NCBI GenBank assembly: GCA_030141605.1
Contig: JAQGDQ010000097.1
Coordinates: 558,001 to 622,000, forward strand
DNA: 64,000 nt
Direction: 5' to 3'
Origin: Tubiluchus corallicola
Lineage: Eukaryota > Animalia > Priapulida
How positions within the stretch are numbered: the first letter of the stretch is position 1; every line of letters starts with the position of its first letter. Both the position numbers and the translations under genes were made by a program. Below, piece after piece: positions 24,714 to 38,990 of the stretch. Under the pieces are notes generated by a model. It was given only the letters and a program-made list of their open reading frames with translations, was not told the DNA's origin and searched no databases.

Positions 24714-27237
24714 TGAGATCCCCCCCCCTCAGTTTAACAATACTTAGCTGTTGCTATCGATATATTAGAACTATATTATGATATTAAAATCAGTCAGTTA
24801 GAACTGGATTAACTATTTAAAGCATGTTTCAGCACTATTTCAGCATGTCTCCACGTATGTGAACTTTTAATAAGTTGATGACCGAAACGATATTAATCAA
24901 AGCTAGTGTGAATGATTTAATGAAATTATGCAGACATTTACCGTGCTACTTGCACAAAAATATTCAAACGTCCAGTCAATGTAATTCCGTCACCTCATTT
25001 CAGTTGCCAAATGAAGTTGGACTGATCCCCTTCTTCTGTCTCTTTCTTGGGTTTACAAATTACTGAAACTATCACCTATTCGTAGTGACTACAGGTACGT
25101 TTCAGATGAAAAAAGGTACGTTTGTATGCTTAAGATATTACTCTTCTCAGGGCAAACAAATAAACGCAAACAAATCATTATTAAAAAATACTATGACCTA
25201 GTGAAGCGGAACTTATCCTGTTCTTTCCCCTCAACAGCGGAAGTAGAATTGTGGAAAAGAAAGCACTAAAGAATCATGTAATACGTCCGAGGATGTTTAT
25301 CTAACTGGTAAAATGCCAGAAAGTGTTACAACGTATTGTTGTCGAAAATCGCGGAAAACCAAGAGCTAGCATGGTGTAGGACAAACCACCTCCTCGGCGT
25401 GAATGGATCCGCCCGGGAACAGTTTCATGCTACCCCTGCCGGAACACGAAGCCGTGTAGGAAAGGAGAGCTGGCATTTCCCGTGTGGGATATCATTAGGT
25501 ATCGATGTCAACTTTACGAGATCAACTGCACTGTTAGACCGGCGGGTGGTCGCCTTCTCCTTATAAACAGAAGCGAGAAGGGAACTGGGTAAGCTTGCTG
25601 TGACTCACACACCAACCCTCAAAAATCTCCACCCCAAATCCGCAAGATATGCACGGCTAATCTTCGCGAAAGGAACGATGTTATTGGCGTTACTGTTGCA
25701 ATATAGTAACGCTTTACGAAGCGGTCTTTTCATCATAACATCAATTAACATCTCATAATAGATTAAGCTGGCAGAATCTGCTACCGTAAATGGGGAGCAT
25801 AATTAACGCCGTTGCTTTGCACGCGCTGCATCAACTGATGCGCTTTTTTCGTGTAAATTCATCTCTGCTACTTAACCAGCTAATATATGCGACTGAAAAA
25901 AGCAGACCAGATTGGATAATCTGGGCCATTGTGCGTCCAAGTTCTATGGGCAATCTAAAGTGAACAATTCAGTGTAGCTGGCCAGTTTGCATCCTACGTG
26001 TATGTGCAAAGCCCCGGGCGCAAAACCGTCTTCGTCAGTTAAGGTTTTCACTTATTCAGACACTCACAAAAAGCCCAAAGAACGTGCCAAGTAGAGCTAC
26101 AAATACGAGCAAGCAGACGCTACGGACGCAGGTTTCCTTACGCTAGATTTATTGTGTATATTCTGATATATAATCGACGAGCATAATTTCAGTAAAGATT
26201 TAGAAAAGGCAGTTCACGGGTTTATGGCTCAAATAGCAAAAAGAAAAACGATTTAATTTTAATGATGTTTAGTTTGAAAGGCTTATTACAATGATGATCA
26301 AGATATATTGTTGATAAGCTTAATTGTGACGGCGTTATTGTTTTTAATAATGATGATGGTGAGGAGGAGGATGATGATGATGAGGGGGATAAGGAGGAGG
26401 AAGAGGAGGAGGAGACGACGACGAATGATAATGATGATGGTCCCATGTATAAGAATCTCATAGCGACCCACGTAAAACATGCACAGTTACTATTGAGAAA
26501 AACTAGTGATGTCAAAAAATTTCACGTAAAATAAAATTTCATGAACTTTTTTCACCATAGAGGGTTTCTAAGAAAAGCAACTTTTGGCATATCGCAATTA
26601 TAATGCTCCGCTTTTAACTCTAGAACGTGATTTTTACTATCAGTAATGTCTAAACGATACTTTATTGAATTATAAAACAAAATGAAATATAAAACACAAA
26701 GATAAACAAATATAACAAATGATACCGTTCGTATTTGCAGGCATCGTGACCTATAACATGTTGTGGTTACTGATTTTGGCCAGGTAGGCTGATTGACACA
26801 AAACAATTGTACATAGATGATTTGTTTGTTATTCTTACGACTGCATAAAGTTTATATGATTATCAGATCTGCACAGTTCACCGATGCCTATACACGAATC
26901 TTCTTTCTTCATATTGTAAGCATCTACTGCAGACCGGCTGCACTTGTACAGCAGAAAATGCTTGTGAGTTTTCCATCTGAAATCAACAACTTTGAAACTT
27001 ATATGAAACATCTGTGTGTAAGCCCTGCCCCATGAGAGCAATATGTGCGAGTTGCATTAGGTTTTGTACAAATGTAAGCCGTCACCATGTACTGCGACCT
27101 TGTCATGTTCCTTTTAGACTTTAATGTTTGTATATGTCTGTTTTGATATTAAGAAGATGTTCGCTTTTTACTGGCAACGAGACTGTGATGGTAAGAGTTG
27201 TGAAATGTGGCAAACGGACTAGAAGTGCTGGCGTAGG

Positions 27238-27366
27238 GATGATAATGATAATGACAATGATGATTATGATGATGATGATGATGATGAGGTTGATGTTAAT
27301 GATGACGGCGATGACGATGACGACGATGACGACGACGACGACGAGAATGATGATGATGATAATGGA

Positions 27367-27406
<40 letters not shown>

Positions 27407-27482
27407 ATGATAAAGACGACGACGACGTTGATAATGATAAGGGGCAGTGTGAAATGTCTCCGATATCGGGATGATGATGAAG
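27238..27482. repeat. Compound trinucleotide microsatellite (GAT/GAC/CTG)
   Basis: Seen directly; a similar degenerate tract lies at 26345-26440. Confidence 0.95.
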
Positions 27483-28869
27483 TGAAACAATTGTGAAATG
27501 CGACAAAACTGCAAAGAAAGTTCAGCAACGGAGATGGATAAATTTTGATTATTTAGTGACATAGAGAGAGGTGGTCACCCAAGTTTAAAGGTCACTTCTT
27601 TTCGAAACTTAGACACTCTGAAGTTTGGAAAATTGATAAGAGTGATAAGCGGCAAAGAGATCTAGTGTATGGTTCATATTATTATTCGTTTTCTTCAAGT
27701 CAGTGGGCATGGCTGGCAGGAGCCAAAATGTAAAGTATGTAATACCAAATTTGATAACTTTTCCAAATGACACTTTCAAATTACAGTCTGGCCTCAATTT
27801 AATTTTATAAAACGTTGGTGTTTTATTTAGCCCATATTAATCGATAATTCAAAAGTCTCGACCCAACAGGTAAGGTCCTTGGGAAAAGTTGAGTTGACTT
27901 CAATCTAAGCTTTTACTAGCAAACACAAACCTGCCATTCTATTATTGGGTAACCAAGCTTGCTAAGGCATCTAACAGAGATGAGGTAACCTGAAAAAAAC
28001 ATAGGGCATGTCTTGTTAATTAGAAAAGTTTTATAAATAAAAGTGTTACCAATGAGTTTACAGATTGATAAAATAATATTACTCTTGTAAATATATAAAT
28101 TTTAATATAAAAGCTGGAGAAAAAGGTTTTGACTCTCTTGCGGCTATGACAGTATTTGTTGCAACTGATATTGTTGAAACAAAAATAACAAAAATATTTA
28201 ACACATAATGTTACGAGACATGGTAGTAGGCCTATAAATGAATTATGTAACGTAATCATTTAAGGTTTGTTCATATTAGATACGTGTTAAATATTCAGAC
28301 AATGATTATATAAATAATTTTGTTGACAATTCGTCTTTAGTTTTTTTTCATTATTTTGTATATTGTATACATATTAAGCCACTCTGTAAGTGTTACTCAG
28401 TTATAAATTTAATGTTTTGTAATACTTGCAGAAAAATTTATGGAGCGTTACAGGAAGTTTATACCTAGTTATGCATTTAATAATATTACTCAACTAAATG
28501 GGTTCTTTATTTATTCAGTCAATGTTGTTCAGTCAACGCACAACATTTATAGTTAGTATGATTACGTATAATAAACTGTTATATAACATTACACAATGGT
28601 ACGCCATGTAACTCATTTAACTTTCTGTTTTAAACAAACAACACAGTATCTGGTTAAAATATAAAACACGACATTAAAGAAAAAAATGAGCAATTTGGAA
28701 TTTGAAGGACCAATAACAGTTTTCTTACAAACTTTGATGTATCATGTCTGTTTTGCATTTTTATACACTACATGAATTACATATTCATCACTAAATTATA
28801 AAATAAAAGGGTTTTCAGTTTTCCTCAAATTCAAGTTGGTAAAATTCATATAACAGAATTTAAGCCTGT

Positions 28870-29080
28870 CAGAACTGCAGACGTCAGTCATCTGTGAAAC
28901 CAGCTGGGGTGAGCGATGCAGTATTCACATCCACTCTCAAAAGTTCACATAGCAGCGTGCTAATTGGCGGAGGCGAGCTAGGAGGCGTGGCCAACTCTTG
29001 GCGAACATCTCTAGACAGTTTATATTGACGATTTGTGTTGTTCTACGAGTTAGAACATTTATCTTGTGTTTGCGTCCGCA
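28870..29080 (+). promoter_or_regulatory. FoxC proximal promoter
   Basis: Abrupt GC/CpG rise directly upstream of the ORF. Contains GACGTCA (CRE-like, ~28880), E-box CAGCTG (~28901), ATTGG (reverse CCAAT, ~28963), Sp/KLF-type GGAGGCGTGGC (~28981) and TTTATA (~29019). Confidence 0.55.
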
Positions 29081-29166
29081 TGGGCAGAGCTGGAATATAC
29101 AGATCTGAGTGTTCTGAGTTTGCCGGATTTGCTGCTTGTGACTATTTGCAAAAACGCAACGCTGTG

Positions 29167-30657
29167 ATGCAAGTGGGCTATCCGTCGTATACTACCAGCA
29201 GCCCAAGTCCAAGCGGCTTGGGCGGCATACCACCGATCGCTTACGATCAGACGTACTACAGGCAAAGTTACAGCAGTATGGCTGCCATGAATCCAGGTAT
29301 GACAGGTATGTCCACCATGGGAATGGGTTCCATGTATCCTCAGGACCACTACGGCACTATGGCAACTGCTAGATCGTACGCCAATCCTTATGGAGCACAA
29401 CTGGGTAACCATGCGCAAGCAAAAGACATGGTCAAGCCACCTTACAGTTACATCGCTCTCATTGCAATGGCCATCCAAAATGCTCCAGAAAAGAAGATAA
29501 CTTTGAATGGGATTTATAGCTTCATCATGGACAGGTTCCCTTTTTACAGGAATAACAAGCAGGGATGGCAGAATTCCATACGCCATAATCTTTCCCTGAA
29601 TGATTGCTTCATCAAGGTGCCTAGGGATGATAAGAAACCTGGAAAAGGAAGCTACTGGACTCTTGATCCTGAAAGTTTGAACATGTTTGATAATGGTAGC
29701 TACCTGAGGCGACGGAGGCGGTTTAAAAAGGCTAAACAGGACGCGTTAAGAGAAAAAGAAGCAGGCGAATTGAGAAATTACTCTGATAAAGTGATGAAGC
29801 AATCAGATGATGTAGCCAACAGTCCTGAACGCAATGGGGACTTGAATGACATCAAAGACTCTAGTAACTGTGTTTATCGCACGCCATCCGAACGTCAATC
29901 TAGTGAAACGGACGCAAGACGTTCGCTGACCGAAAGCCCTGTTCTCACCGAGAACTCGCAAGAACCAAACGCTGTGACAAAATTAGAACCTTTGGACATT
30001 AAAGCCACTGAATTGTCATCGTGTATGAAGACGGAGAATAAGGCAATGCAACAGACGACCTTATTAGAGGAGGCACAAGCAGTAAGTGATTTTTCTGTTG
30101 AAAATATTATGACAGCAAGCAGCGCCGGGGACACAACAGGGGTAACAACTACACCCTCTCGCAGTGAACATTACATGATGAGCGGGTATATGTCCCGTGA
30201 TGGAGGTGTGTACTCGTCTCCCTGTATACAGGGAGGCAATAATCTCAGTTATCAGTGCAGTGCCCAGGGTTATGGCGCGGACAGTAGGCTGTACAGCCAC
30301 CATTCTGTAGACAGAAACAGTAGCTCGGCCGCCCAACACATGAGCATCGTCCCAAGCCCAATTGAGGATGGGCAAGTCATGACACAATTGCAAAGTAGTC
30401 AGTTGAGTCAGTCCATGCTTTCTCAACATCAACCGTACATACGCAGCGCTGGGAATCCCTGGTACGCGGAATCGACGGCCAGATCTTCTGATCCGACTGC
30501 TGGGACGTACTCCATGTATGACACAAGCAGATACCTTCAGGTGATGAACCAAGCTGCTGGTGACCCCCTAAATCCATCAGCAGCCTGCCAAGTTGGGATG
30601 AGATCTCCCTATAGGACGTCCTCTACTGCCTATCCTTATGACTGCAATAAATTTTGA
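29167..30657 (+). CDS. FoxC: Forkhead box C transcription factor, single exon, ~496 aa from ATG 29167
   Basis: Forkhead domain [103 protein letters not shown] is FoxC-class. N-terminus MQVGY resembles FoxC MQARY, the eh1 Groucho-binding motif FSVENIM is present, and the C-terminus YPYDCNKF is typical of FoxC. No introns; TGA stop. Confidence 0.96.
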   Translation: MQVGYPSYTTSSPSPSGLGGIPPIAYDQTYYRQSYSSMAAMNPGMTGMSTMGMGSMYPQDHYGTMATARSYANPYGAQLGNHAQAKDMVKPPYSYIALIAMAIQNAPEKKITLNGIYSFIMDRFPFYRNNKQGWQNSIRHNLSLNDCFIKVPRDDKKPGKGSYWTLDPESLNMFDNGSYLRRRRRFKKAKQDALREKEAGELRNYSDKVMKQSDDVANSPERNGDLNDIKDSSNCVYRTPSERQSSETDARRSLTESPVLTENSQEPNAVTKLEPLDIKATELSSCMKTENKAMQQTTLLEEAQAVSDFSVENIMTASSAGDTTGVTTTPSRSEHYMMSGYMSRDGGVYSSPCIQGGNNLSYQCSAQGYGADSRLYSHHSVDRNSSSAAQHMSIVPSPIEDGQVMTQLQSSQLSQSMLSQHQPYIRSAGNPWYAESTARSSDPTAGTYSMYDTSRYLQVMNQAAGDPLNPSAACQVGMRSPYRTSSTAYPYDCNKF

Positions 30658-31032
30658 CATGAGGATAAGTTGAATTTTTGAATATTTTCATTGTCTTTAA
30701 CTAAACCAAAACTAATCCTTTATGCAGCAGTAAATAAATGTCAATAGTTAATATTTTCGTTATGATTAACCTATTCTTTGTTATTTTCATTTTTCGTTTT
30801 GAGATATGCTAAGGCAACAGTTAAAGTAAAACCTATAACTTTAAAGGCAGCATTTCTCTAATGTAATTAAAAACAGCAACGGATGACAACAAGAAAGATT
30901 TTAATAATTTATTCCTGCATAATATATCATCACTTACAGCATGGTATTAGTAAAATATTTTTAAAACGCGCACTTTAGCGCACTAAGGTGATCATCTATT
31001 GCAGCAATTGTTCTTGCAAAGTGTCTTTGATA

Positions 31033-31038
31033 AATAAA
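31033..31038 (+). terminator. Candidate FoxC polyadenylation signal
   Basis: AATAAA about 375 nt after the stop codon, followed by GT-rich TGTGAGTGGTGTT. Confidence 0.35.
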
Positions 31039-32547
31039 AAACGTCAAATAATTATGTGAGTGGTGTTAAAAAAGCGAATGCAGTTTCAGTCAATCTCGGC
31101 CGACGTTGGCTAGTGCATTTTACTTAGCTTAACCAGAAACCAGGCAACATTCGCTTGTGCTCATATTTAAACAAAATTATTTGCTGTTTTACTGTGCAAA
31201 CTTATTGCTGTGAAATTATTAAATCGTATAAACTTTAAACTAATTAGATTGAATCATTGCTAATTTTACCGAGTCGTTTTCAAACAGCCCAGTTTTATAG
31301 CGCGTTAAAATGCGTTTAGTGCTTCCCCCACACACGCTGTTCAGCGTTTAACACTAAATTCGTATAAACGATGTCCTAATTGTAGCAAACGGCTTTATGT
31401 CTTCCTTAAATTTTCATGGTAGTAAATGTTGCTTAACACATGAAATATATCTTCCTATCCAGCTGGCCCGACGCGTCTCTCCCACTTCGAAAGTCCATAA
31501 TGTTTTAGGTTTGCACATATTTGATTATTTTATTATACATTCATTCTTTATTGCATATAAAATGTCTGTTTGACGAGCTAACAACTTCCATTTTTAGATA
31601 AATATGTTGGTTTTCTTTTAAAAATTATTTTACTGATAAAGTGCAGTAGTTTGTCTAAGAATAAGGCTATGTGCATGTACAAGCGCGTCGTAAATTTATT
31701 CGAATATATTTTGTAAAAAGTTGCAGAAACACCAAAATAATTGCGCTTTCTTTAGGGAAAAAAATTGCTGTATTTGTTTTAATAAAGTTAATTTTTTTCC
31801 TAAAATTAAAATTAAAAAAAATTTCCTCATTTTTGAAGAATCGAACGCTAAAAATTTAGCAGGTTTTTTTGTCTTTCTTTGAGGGAGAAATTCTTTTTTA
31901 CTTCTTTTCCTAATGGTGTAAAAAATAAGAGAATTTTTTTACTAAAACATAGTTGCCTTGATATATTTTTCTTGCACTAAAACAACTTAAACTTTACATT
32001 CTTATTTGTAATATTTCTTCGTCTTTCTAATTTGAGTTTTGATTACTTCATACATGTTGGGTTACGTCTGGCCTAATGATGGTAAACACCAGGCTTCGCG
32101 AGTCGCTCGATTCACAACGACAATAAAAATTGTTTTCAGAAGAAACAAACAACTGATATTGGCCACTTGAAGAATTCTCCCAACCTATGCGCAGATTCTG
32201 AGAGTGCGCTTGCTGTATTTATTTGCAATGAAAGCATCCAGTATATTTACTAATGGATTCAATTTGTTTTCTCCGCTAAGGTGGTGAGGCTCGCTTGAAT
32301 AATATTTTAGTTTTCCTAGATAAATTTTGCAAATAATCCCAAAGCAGGAAAAACATAGAAACAGTTGAAAACGCGGGTTATCTCTACGCGGATGTCAGAC
32401 ATTAAAATTTTCACACATTTCTAAGACCCACACGCACACAGAGAGCTTAGCCGCTTGAAATAAATTGTACATTAATTAATAAAAAAATAATTTTCGCAAT
32501 TTACAATTATGATCTTTTACAGATTCGTACCCGATACGATTGTTCTT

Positions 32548-33226
32548 AAACTAAGAGACAAGTCATTTTTTTATAAACGTTTTTTCATTGTTTTTTCAAT
32601 TAAGATTTCAGACATCTGTTACACGTTTGGCTTCTACAATATGATTTGCTTTGTCTATATCAACTAAGATATAATTTATTTCTAAATAATAATTTTTTAC
32701 TTATACTTATTTATTTAAGAAATCTTACAATTAAAAAAACAAAGAAAGAGAGAAAAGCAACGTCTCAAAGTGCCACGCAGTTTATCTTCAAGTGAAAAAT
32801 GGTAGATTTGTATTTTTCATGACAAACAAACAGTAATATTATGCGGCTTATTTAATTTATTATAAATGTGACGCTATCTAAGCTCACAAGAGCCCATCTC
32901 TAACCACTTAGTACCATTATACGTGTAAAATGTGGGTAAATAGCTTGCAATGATAAAAATAATATTAAAAACCATATGAAGAATTCAAACGAAAGTAATG
33001 TTGATATTTTTGTCTAAAAGGCTATATATTTTTTTGTTTTAAACATCTAATTTAGTTGAAATAGAAACAAAATAAATTAAAAATCATTTTTCGTAAACTA
33101 AGAGACAAGTGATTTTTATAAACGTGTTTTCATTGTTTTTTCAATTAAGATTTCAGACATCAGTTATATGTTTCTACAATATGATTTGCTTTGTCTATAT
33201 CACCTAAGATACAATTTATTTCCAAA
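32548..33226 (+). repeat. ~140 bp dispersed direct repeat (32548-32686 and 33095-33226)
   Basis: AAACTAAGAGACAAGT...CAATTAAGATTTCAGACATC...CTACAATATGATTTGCTTTGTCTATATCA occurs twice at high identity. Confidence 0.85.
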
Positions 33227-36200
33227 GAGTCTATATAATTTGTTATTTATACTTAATAGAACATCTCATTATATTTAATGGAAACATTATTATTGATCAA
33301 CTCAGATATGGCAAAACAATTTTTTTGACATTCAATTTCATTTGTTCCTTAGAAATGCCTTTGGAAGATTGGAATCTCAGTTTGATCAAAAAATTAACAC
33401 CGCTGATGCAACAAGCATCGAAATAAAACGTCTTCAGTATTTTATTAGTTTTGTTCTTCTGTTCCTTTAGGGCTGAAAACTTAATTTTGTTAAAACAATT
33501 TTTCCCGTGAACATTGACAGTAAGACTGTGTCACACTACAAGCGTTTACATAAAATGTTAGCTATCACTTATCCCATTATCAGTCAACTGGGTTAATGTA
33601 AATCTAATCAAAATCTGTTTGAACAATTTGAAGCGAACGCCTTGCCACTCAAGAGAAGGTTTAGCAGTATTTGCTAGACAGGCTTAATTAGGTGTGTTCA
33701 GTTCAAGTGCTGCTTCAATGGATACTTGGTTATCAGTGTACATATGCACAATGGCAAGAGTAGATGTTCACTCTGACAATGCCCAGCCCTCCCACAAAGC
33801 AATTTGCTGTCACATTGTAGATTCATCCCTGGGATGAGGAGTCTATTGAAACCTCATTACGTGCAAGCAATCAATGCTACATGAGTCCAACAGTCATTAG
33901 TCGTTGGTTCTCCTTTTCGGGGCTGCACCAGCCAGAGAAGGAAAGGGTTAACTCGGCCTATATAGCACTGATCACACATGTGACTGATTGTCTTCCTTAT
34001 TGACATTTTTCTGAATTTCTAACGACCATCACATCTGTGCAGTTGGTTCCCTCACTCCAGGGGCGTGAGTTCTAACAACTCAGGCATTATAAGAGCAGTG
34101 GTAACAATTAACAGGGGGTGATTTGGGAATTGTGTAATGGGTTTTGACCAATAGCACACGTGCATCCATGGGCCTGTGGGAAAATTTTATAACGGTTTAG
34201 TCGATTTAATTACACAAGGTACCAAATACTTTTTAATACAATTAATTTATGCAACAAGTTAAAGTTCAAGAATTTGGTGTTTTTTTAAATCTGCAACCCA
34301 GTAAAAACCGTATAATTAATCGAAATCTGGCAGCACTAATAATCGATTTTTTACAAATTTTAAAATTTTGATAAAAAAAATTAAAAATCTAGATGTACTT
34401 GATCAAGCGTAAAATTTTTAAATGGACATCAGCTGTTGAAGGTATCTGAAAAAAGATTAAACTTTTTAGTACTTAATTAATTTTAACTTTATTTGAAGAT
34501 TTGCGAAACACGTTGCAAAACCGGCCAGGGCTTAGCTTCATAGTAAAAATCTTTCCATTTAAGGAATGCATAATTGTTGGATTTTTTACAATAAATGATT
34601 ACAAAGTACTTTCATTACGAAATACAACATAGAAGAAAATACGTATGTATATGTAGGCGACGCCATCTTTTATTGCATTCAAAATATAATGAACAAAAAT
34701 GTAAGTTTGTAGCTGTTCATATCGTTCACAATTTTGTTTTAATTAACAATATGCGACAAGAAAAACCGCTGTAAGAAAAAATATGGCCTTGTTATTTTTC
34801 GTACAGTAAATCCCGCTTTTATCGGTCATTACAACAGCAATAAACCGTTTTGTTGACAGGCATGTCATATTTGGAGCTTCTGGAATTGACAAAATGGCAC
34901 TTTTGCTTTATTTGCTATTTCCTAACTTGGCAAAACTACTGTCTCATTTGTCGTAATGCAGTTTACACAATAAAGAGTCGATCTGTAATGACACTTCTGT
35001 CAGTTGAGTTGGCTCTATGGGTTATAGTTCTAAAATCCACTCAAAATGGCGAAGAATTGAGACTTATCCACGCGTAAAGTTAGCAGCTGACAAAAAGTTG
35101 TTGAACCTGTTACACAGTTTTGTTCGCTTTCTCTCGAGATTTTGCCAAGACTTTGCAATCAATTTATCCGAATTACAAATAAATTATGACGTTGGCGATG
35201 AAGATTAACACTACGACTGTATGTCAGCGTTGTGAATCGAGCGCGTGCAAAACTGGGGTTTGCTTTGTAAATTCTGACAGACTTATTTTGATGCGAAAAT
35301 ACCATTTTATAAAAATTATATTGTAAATGTCTTCATCATGCTGACAGCACAATAACAGTCCTAACTGTGTGCAAACGATCAGCGTCACAAATTAACATCA
35401 CAATGAAATATTAACAACAAAATACTTTATGTGTTAAATTTTGAATTATGGAAAATAAATTCAGCAGAAGGAACTATATTAGAATTTTTTAATATATTAG
35501 GCAATTTGGTAAAATTTGATATTGCAAAAAAGCAAGTGAAAAGTACGGCTTGATGCATGTAGTAACGGTAGCTCAATTCCTTTTGATATTCGCTTACATA
35601 GTAACAATTGTCTACATAGTAACTAAACGCAAAATAATGGAAATTAAACATAAAGTAAACATAATTTAAAAAATTTGTGTCTTTTATTATCAAATTGAAC
35701 CTTGTTCTTGTTACTTTGAATGTTTATTTAATTGTAAATGCTTTCTTGAACTTCGATTTTCAATTTCGAGAACCTTTCACTTTTTGTATGTATTTAGGTG
35801 TGAACATTTATTTCTGTCCGTTATTTATAATACAGGCTACTGAAACGTTTGTTTTTACAAATTGTGTCAGCCAAACGACAGTGTAAAGGAAACTATCGTT
35901 CAAATTATCATTCGCTTATTTTTCCTTGTTTACTAAAGTAAAAAAAAGTTTTAAAAACTTAAGTTAAAGAGTTTCTTCAAAAAGTTGTTTGCGAATATTT
36001 TTTCGTTATTATATTCTCGCTGTAAACCTATTGAAAGAGCAATTGCATGCGCGAAAACACGCCGTTGTTGCATTTAGTACGCTGACATCTTACTACATGT
36101 AAGCTCTTTTGAATTAACATTAGTTAAATACAATATACATTACTCCTAAATGAAGCCATACTAGATTTGTAAATATTGTAAATTTGGTTACGTTTCGATT

Positions 36201-37223
36201 TTTTGTTATTATTTTTATGTAGATCTTGTATAGAAAATTTGCGGGTATTGCATTAACGAGCTTAAGAATGATTAAGACGTGGGCTTACCACGCAAACCAA
36301 TATAGTTTTAAGGCTATTATAATAGTGTGTGAAAATAATTATTATAATACTAGGCGAAAATTATAACTTCTTCCATTTTTTGTTTTATTATTTTAATCAA
36401 CTCGCTGAACTGAACATCATTGTTAACTGTGTCATCAAAATTATGCTATTATAGAATTTTTGTGCACTTATTATTCATATGACATTAACTACATGCTGGT
36501 GTATAATATAATATAATATATATATAGAGAAAAGCGGTTACAATAAATGTTATTTTATATTTACCGTATATTGTTTACAAGCGTTACTGTCGTATTTTGC
36601 AAGTGAATTATGAATTAAGATTTAATAATATTTTCCCAGTAAGTTATATTTCTGCTTGCATTACTATGGGGAAATTATGTTAGCATTATAAAGAAATCAT
36701 CCAGTAGTAAAATGCCTTTTAGTGTAGCGCATGTTTTTTGCGGAATGATATTAACTAGAACAAGCATTACTAGAATGATAATGACATTGATGATACATTA
36801 TTCTTAATATTAATAAGTAAGGTATCACTAACATAATGCATATACATAATTATATATACATAACATAATCAATTTCATTCATATATAATATATAAATAAA
36901 ATAAAAATAAATGATAAATGATAAATAAAAATATATATATACAAATTAAAATGTCACACCTGAAAAATAAAAATTAAACTACTGAGCTAAGTGCATTGAT
37001 TTAAAAAGTGCATATATTTACTTATTTCGGCCAAACTGATAAAATGGTTGTAAATTAATAATTTTCAGAGGGCGGTACATTACACGAAAAACAAGCCTTA
37101 ATCAAACAAAAAAAGGGAAACCTTCAGTTACAATATACACAGTTTGCCTATTTTCTAACACAATGTGGGCAGTTTACAAACAATTTGAAAAGCTTTCTCG
37201 GATTACAGATTACTAATTCTCAT

Positions 37224-37260
<37 letters not shown>

Positions 37261-37265
37261 AATAT

Positions 37266-37302
<37 letters not shown>

Positions 37303-38990
37303 CCAATCTACTAAACTATTAAACTATTAAAGTATTAATTTATCTACCATAATATCGCAAGCGAATACGCTCTACCATTAACACGAATTGCGTTATATGC
37401 ACGTGAGCAGACACCATGGAGAACGACTTTATCTAATTATTATCAAGTCATTGAATTTAACGCTTGAAAATTAACTGCCATGTGATTACCATTAACTAGC
37501 ACACGTTTGAAGCTTTAGGCATTATAACTTCATAATATAATAGCCTTCTACGTATTGAACATGTAGCAAATACGTCTACATCCCTGCAGCAAGATCTACA
37601 AAAAGAATTGTACGGTTTATTTCCATACCATTTCATGTTTGTTATTGATGTACAGTTGGCAAGTATACAGTCTAGGCTTAAAACCACTAAAAGGGTCAGG
37701 CATGCATGGAAACAGGCAACTGCTTTATATAATATATACACAGCCGTAATGACTACAGTCGCTTGGTTAAGTCAACCAAATCGTACAAGTTTGTTAAAAA
37801 TTTGTCTGAAGTTTGATTGGGAAGTTCACGCATTAGCGGCTCGGCTCAGGTTTCGAGTTGCCAAGTTGCGAATTTGTAAAAGAGGCCATCCATGTTCGGT
37901 AATCACTTCATCGCATCATAGCTGTTGCATTTACTGTTAACTTGAAGTATATAATATTGCCAACATTGTTAGGTTGTTAGATAAGCCAATTATATTAAAA
38001 CCTGCAACCAAAAATTTTAATTTTACGATCGCAATCATCGTAAAATAATTTTCAAAAGACTGAATATTTGCAACTTGATATTCATTATATATGGTATTAA
38101 TAGTTTAAAAAGATTTTAGTCTCAAAATTGCCAAGCTTTCTTCAATAAAGTATGTGAGTCTTCAGCATTATTATAGCAGTTTGATAGAAACATGCATATG
38201 TACATGCTTCTAGATTCCCAATATACGCCCGCTTTGGGCTATTAAACCATACTAGTTTTCCAGTACAATAATCTAATTTCTTATTATTGCACAAATCTTT
38301 GTGGATATTAATACCTACAAGTGAATAACGGAATAACGAGATTTTAAAACAAATAAATTAAAGTCCAAAAAATTAATATGAATGCTGTCTTTTAGAAATT
38401 TATCCGAAACGTGGTATTATTTTTCGGGTAAAATTTCAGATTTGCACTTCCTTTTTTATAATGTTAAACTCAGCACTTATAAGAAGAAATTTCTACTTAT
38501 TTATTATGGCCACTTACTATAGACAAATATATAGTCTGCGTGATTTTTTAAGTTAATGAAAAGTAAGTAATCATTATAGTTTTACTTAACCTGGCTCAAG
38601 TTTATAAATAATATTATAACTGAAAAAGCACAGGTTGTTTAAAAGTGTTCGGTATGTTTTGCAGATGAATTAAACAATTTTAATTTGCTTTGTGAATTGC
38701 CTTTCAATTTTTACAGCTAATACTCCTTTACATTTTATTAAGCTGCACATTCTAATTAAGCTTCTAGCTGCTTACTGCTAAAGTTTTAAAGCGAGCATAG
38801 ATAAATGTAATATATTATCTAGCGAGCACAGTATATTATATAATATAATAAATACAGTATATTATAGAATATAATTAGCATTTTTATGGCTGGTAAATTA
38901 TAACAGATGTGATAAATTAAAATAATGCCCTGTACTCTAACAATGATCGAGTTATCTGATCTGAAAGCTTAAATAGTGTACTATATTATA

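Noticed and set aside
29059-30577. Antisense ORFs (175, 79, 162 and 66 aa) overlapping FoxC
   Set aside because: Shadow ORFs of a GC-richer coding region; no recognisable motifs.
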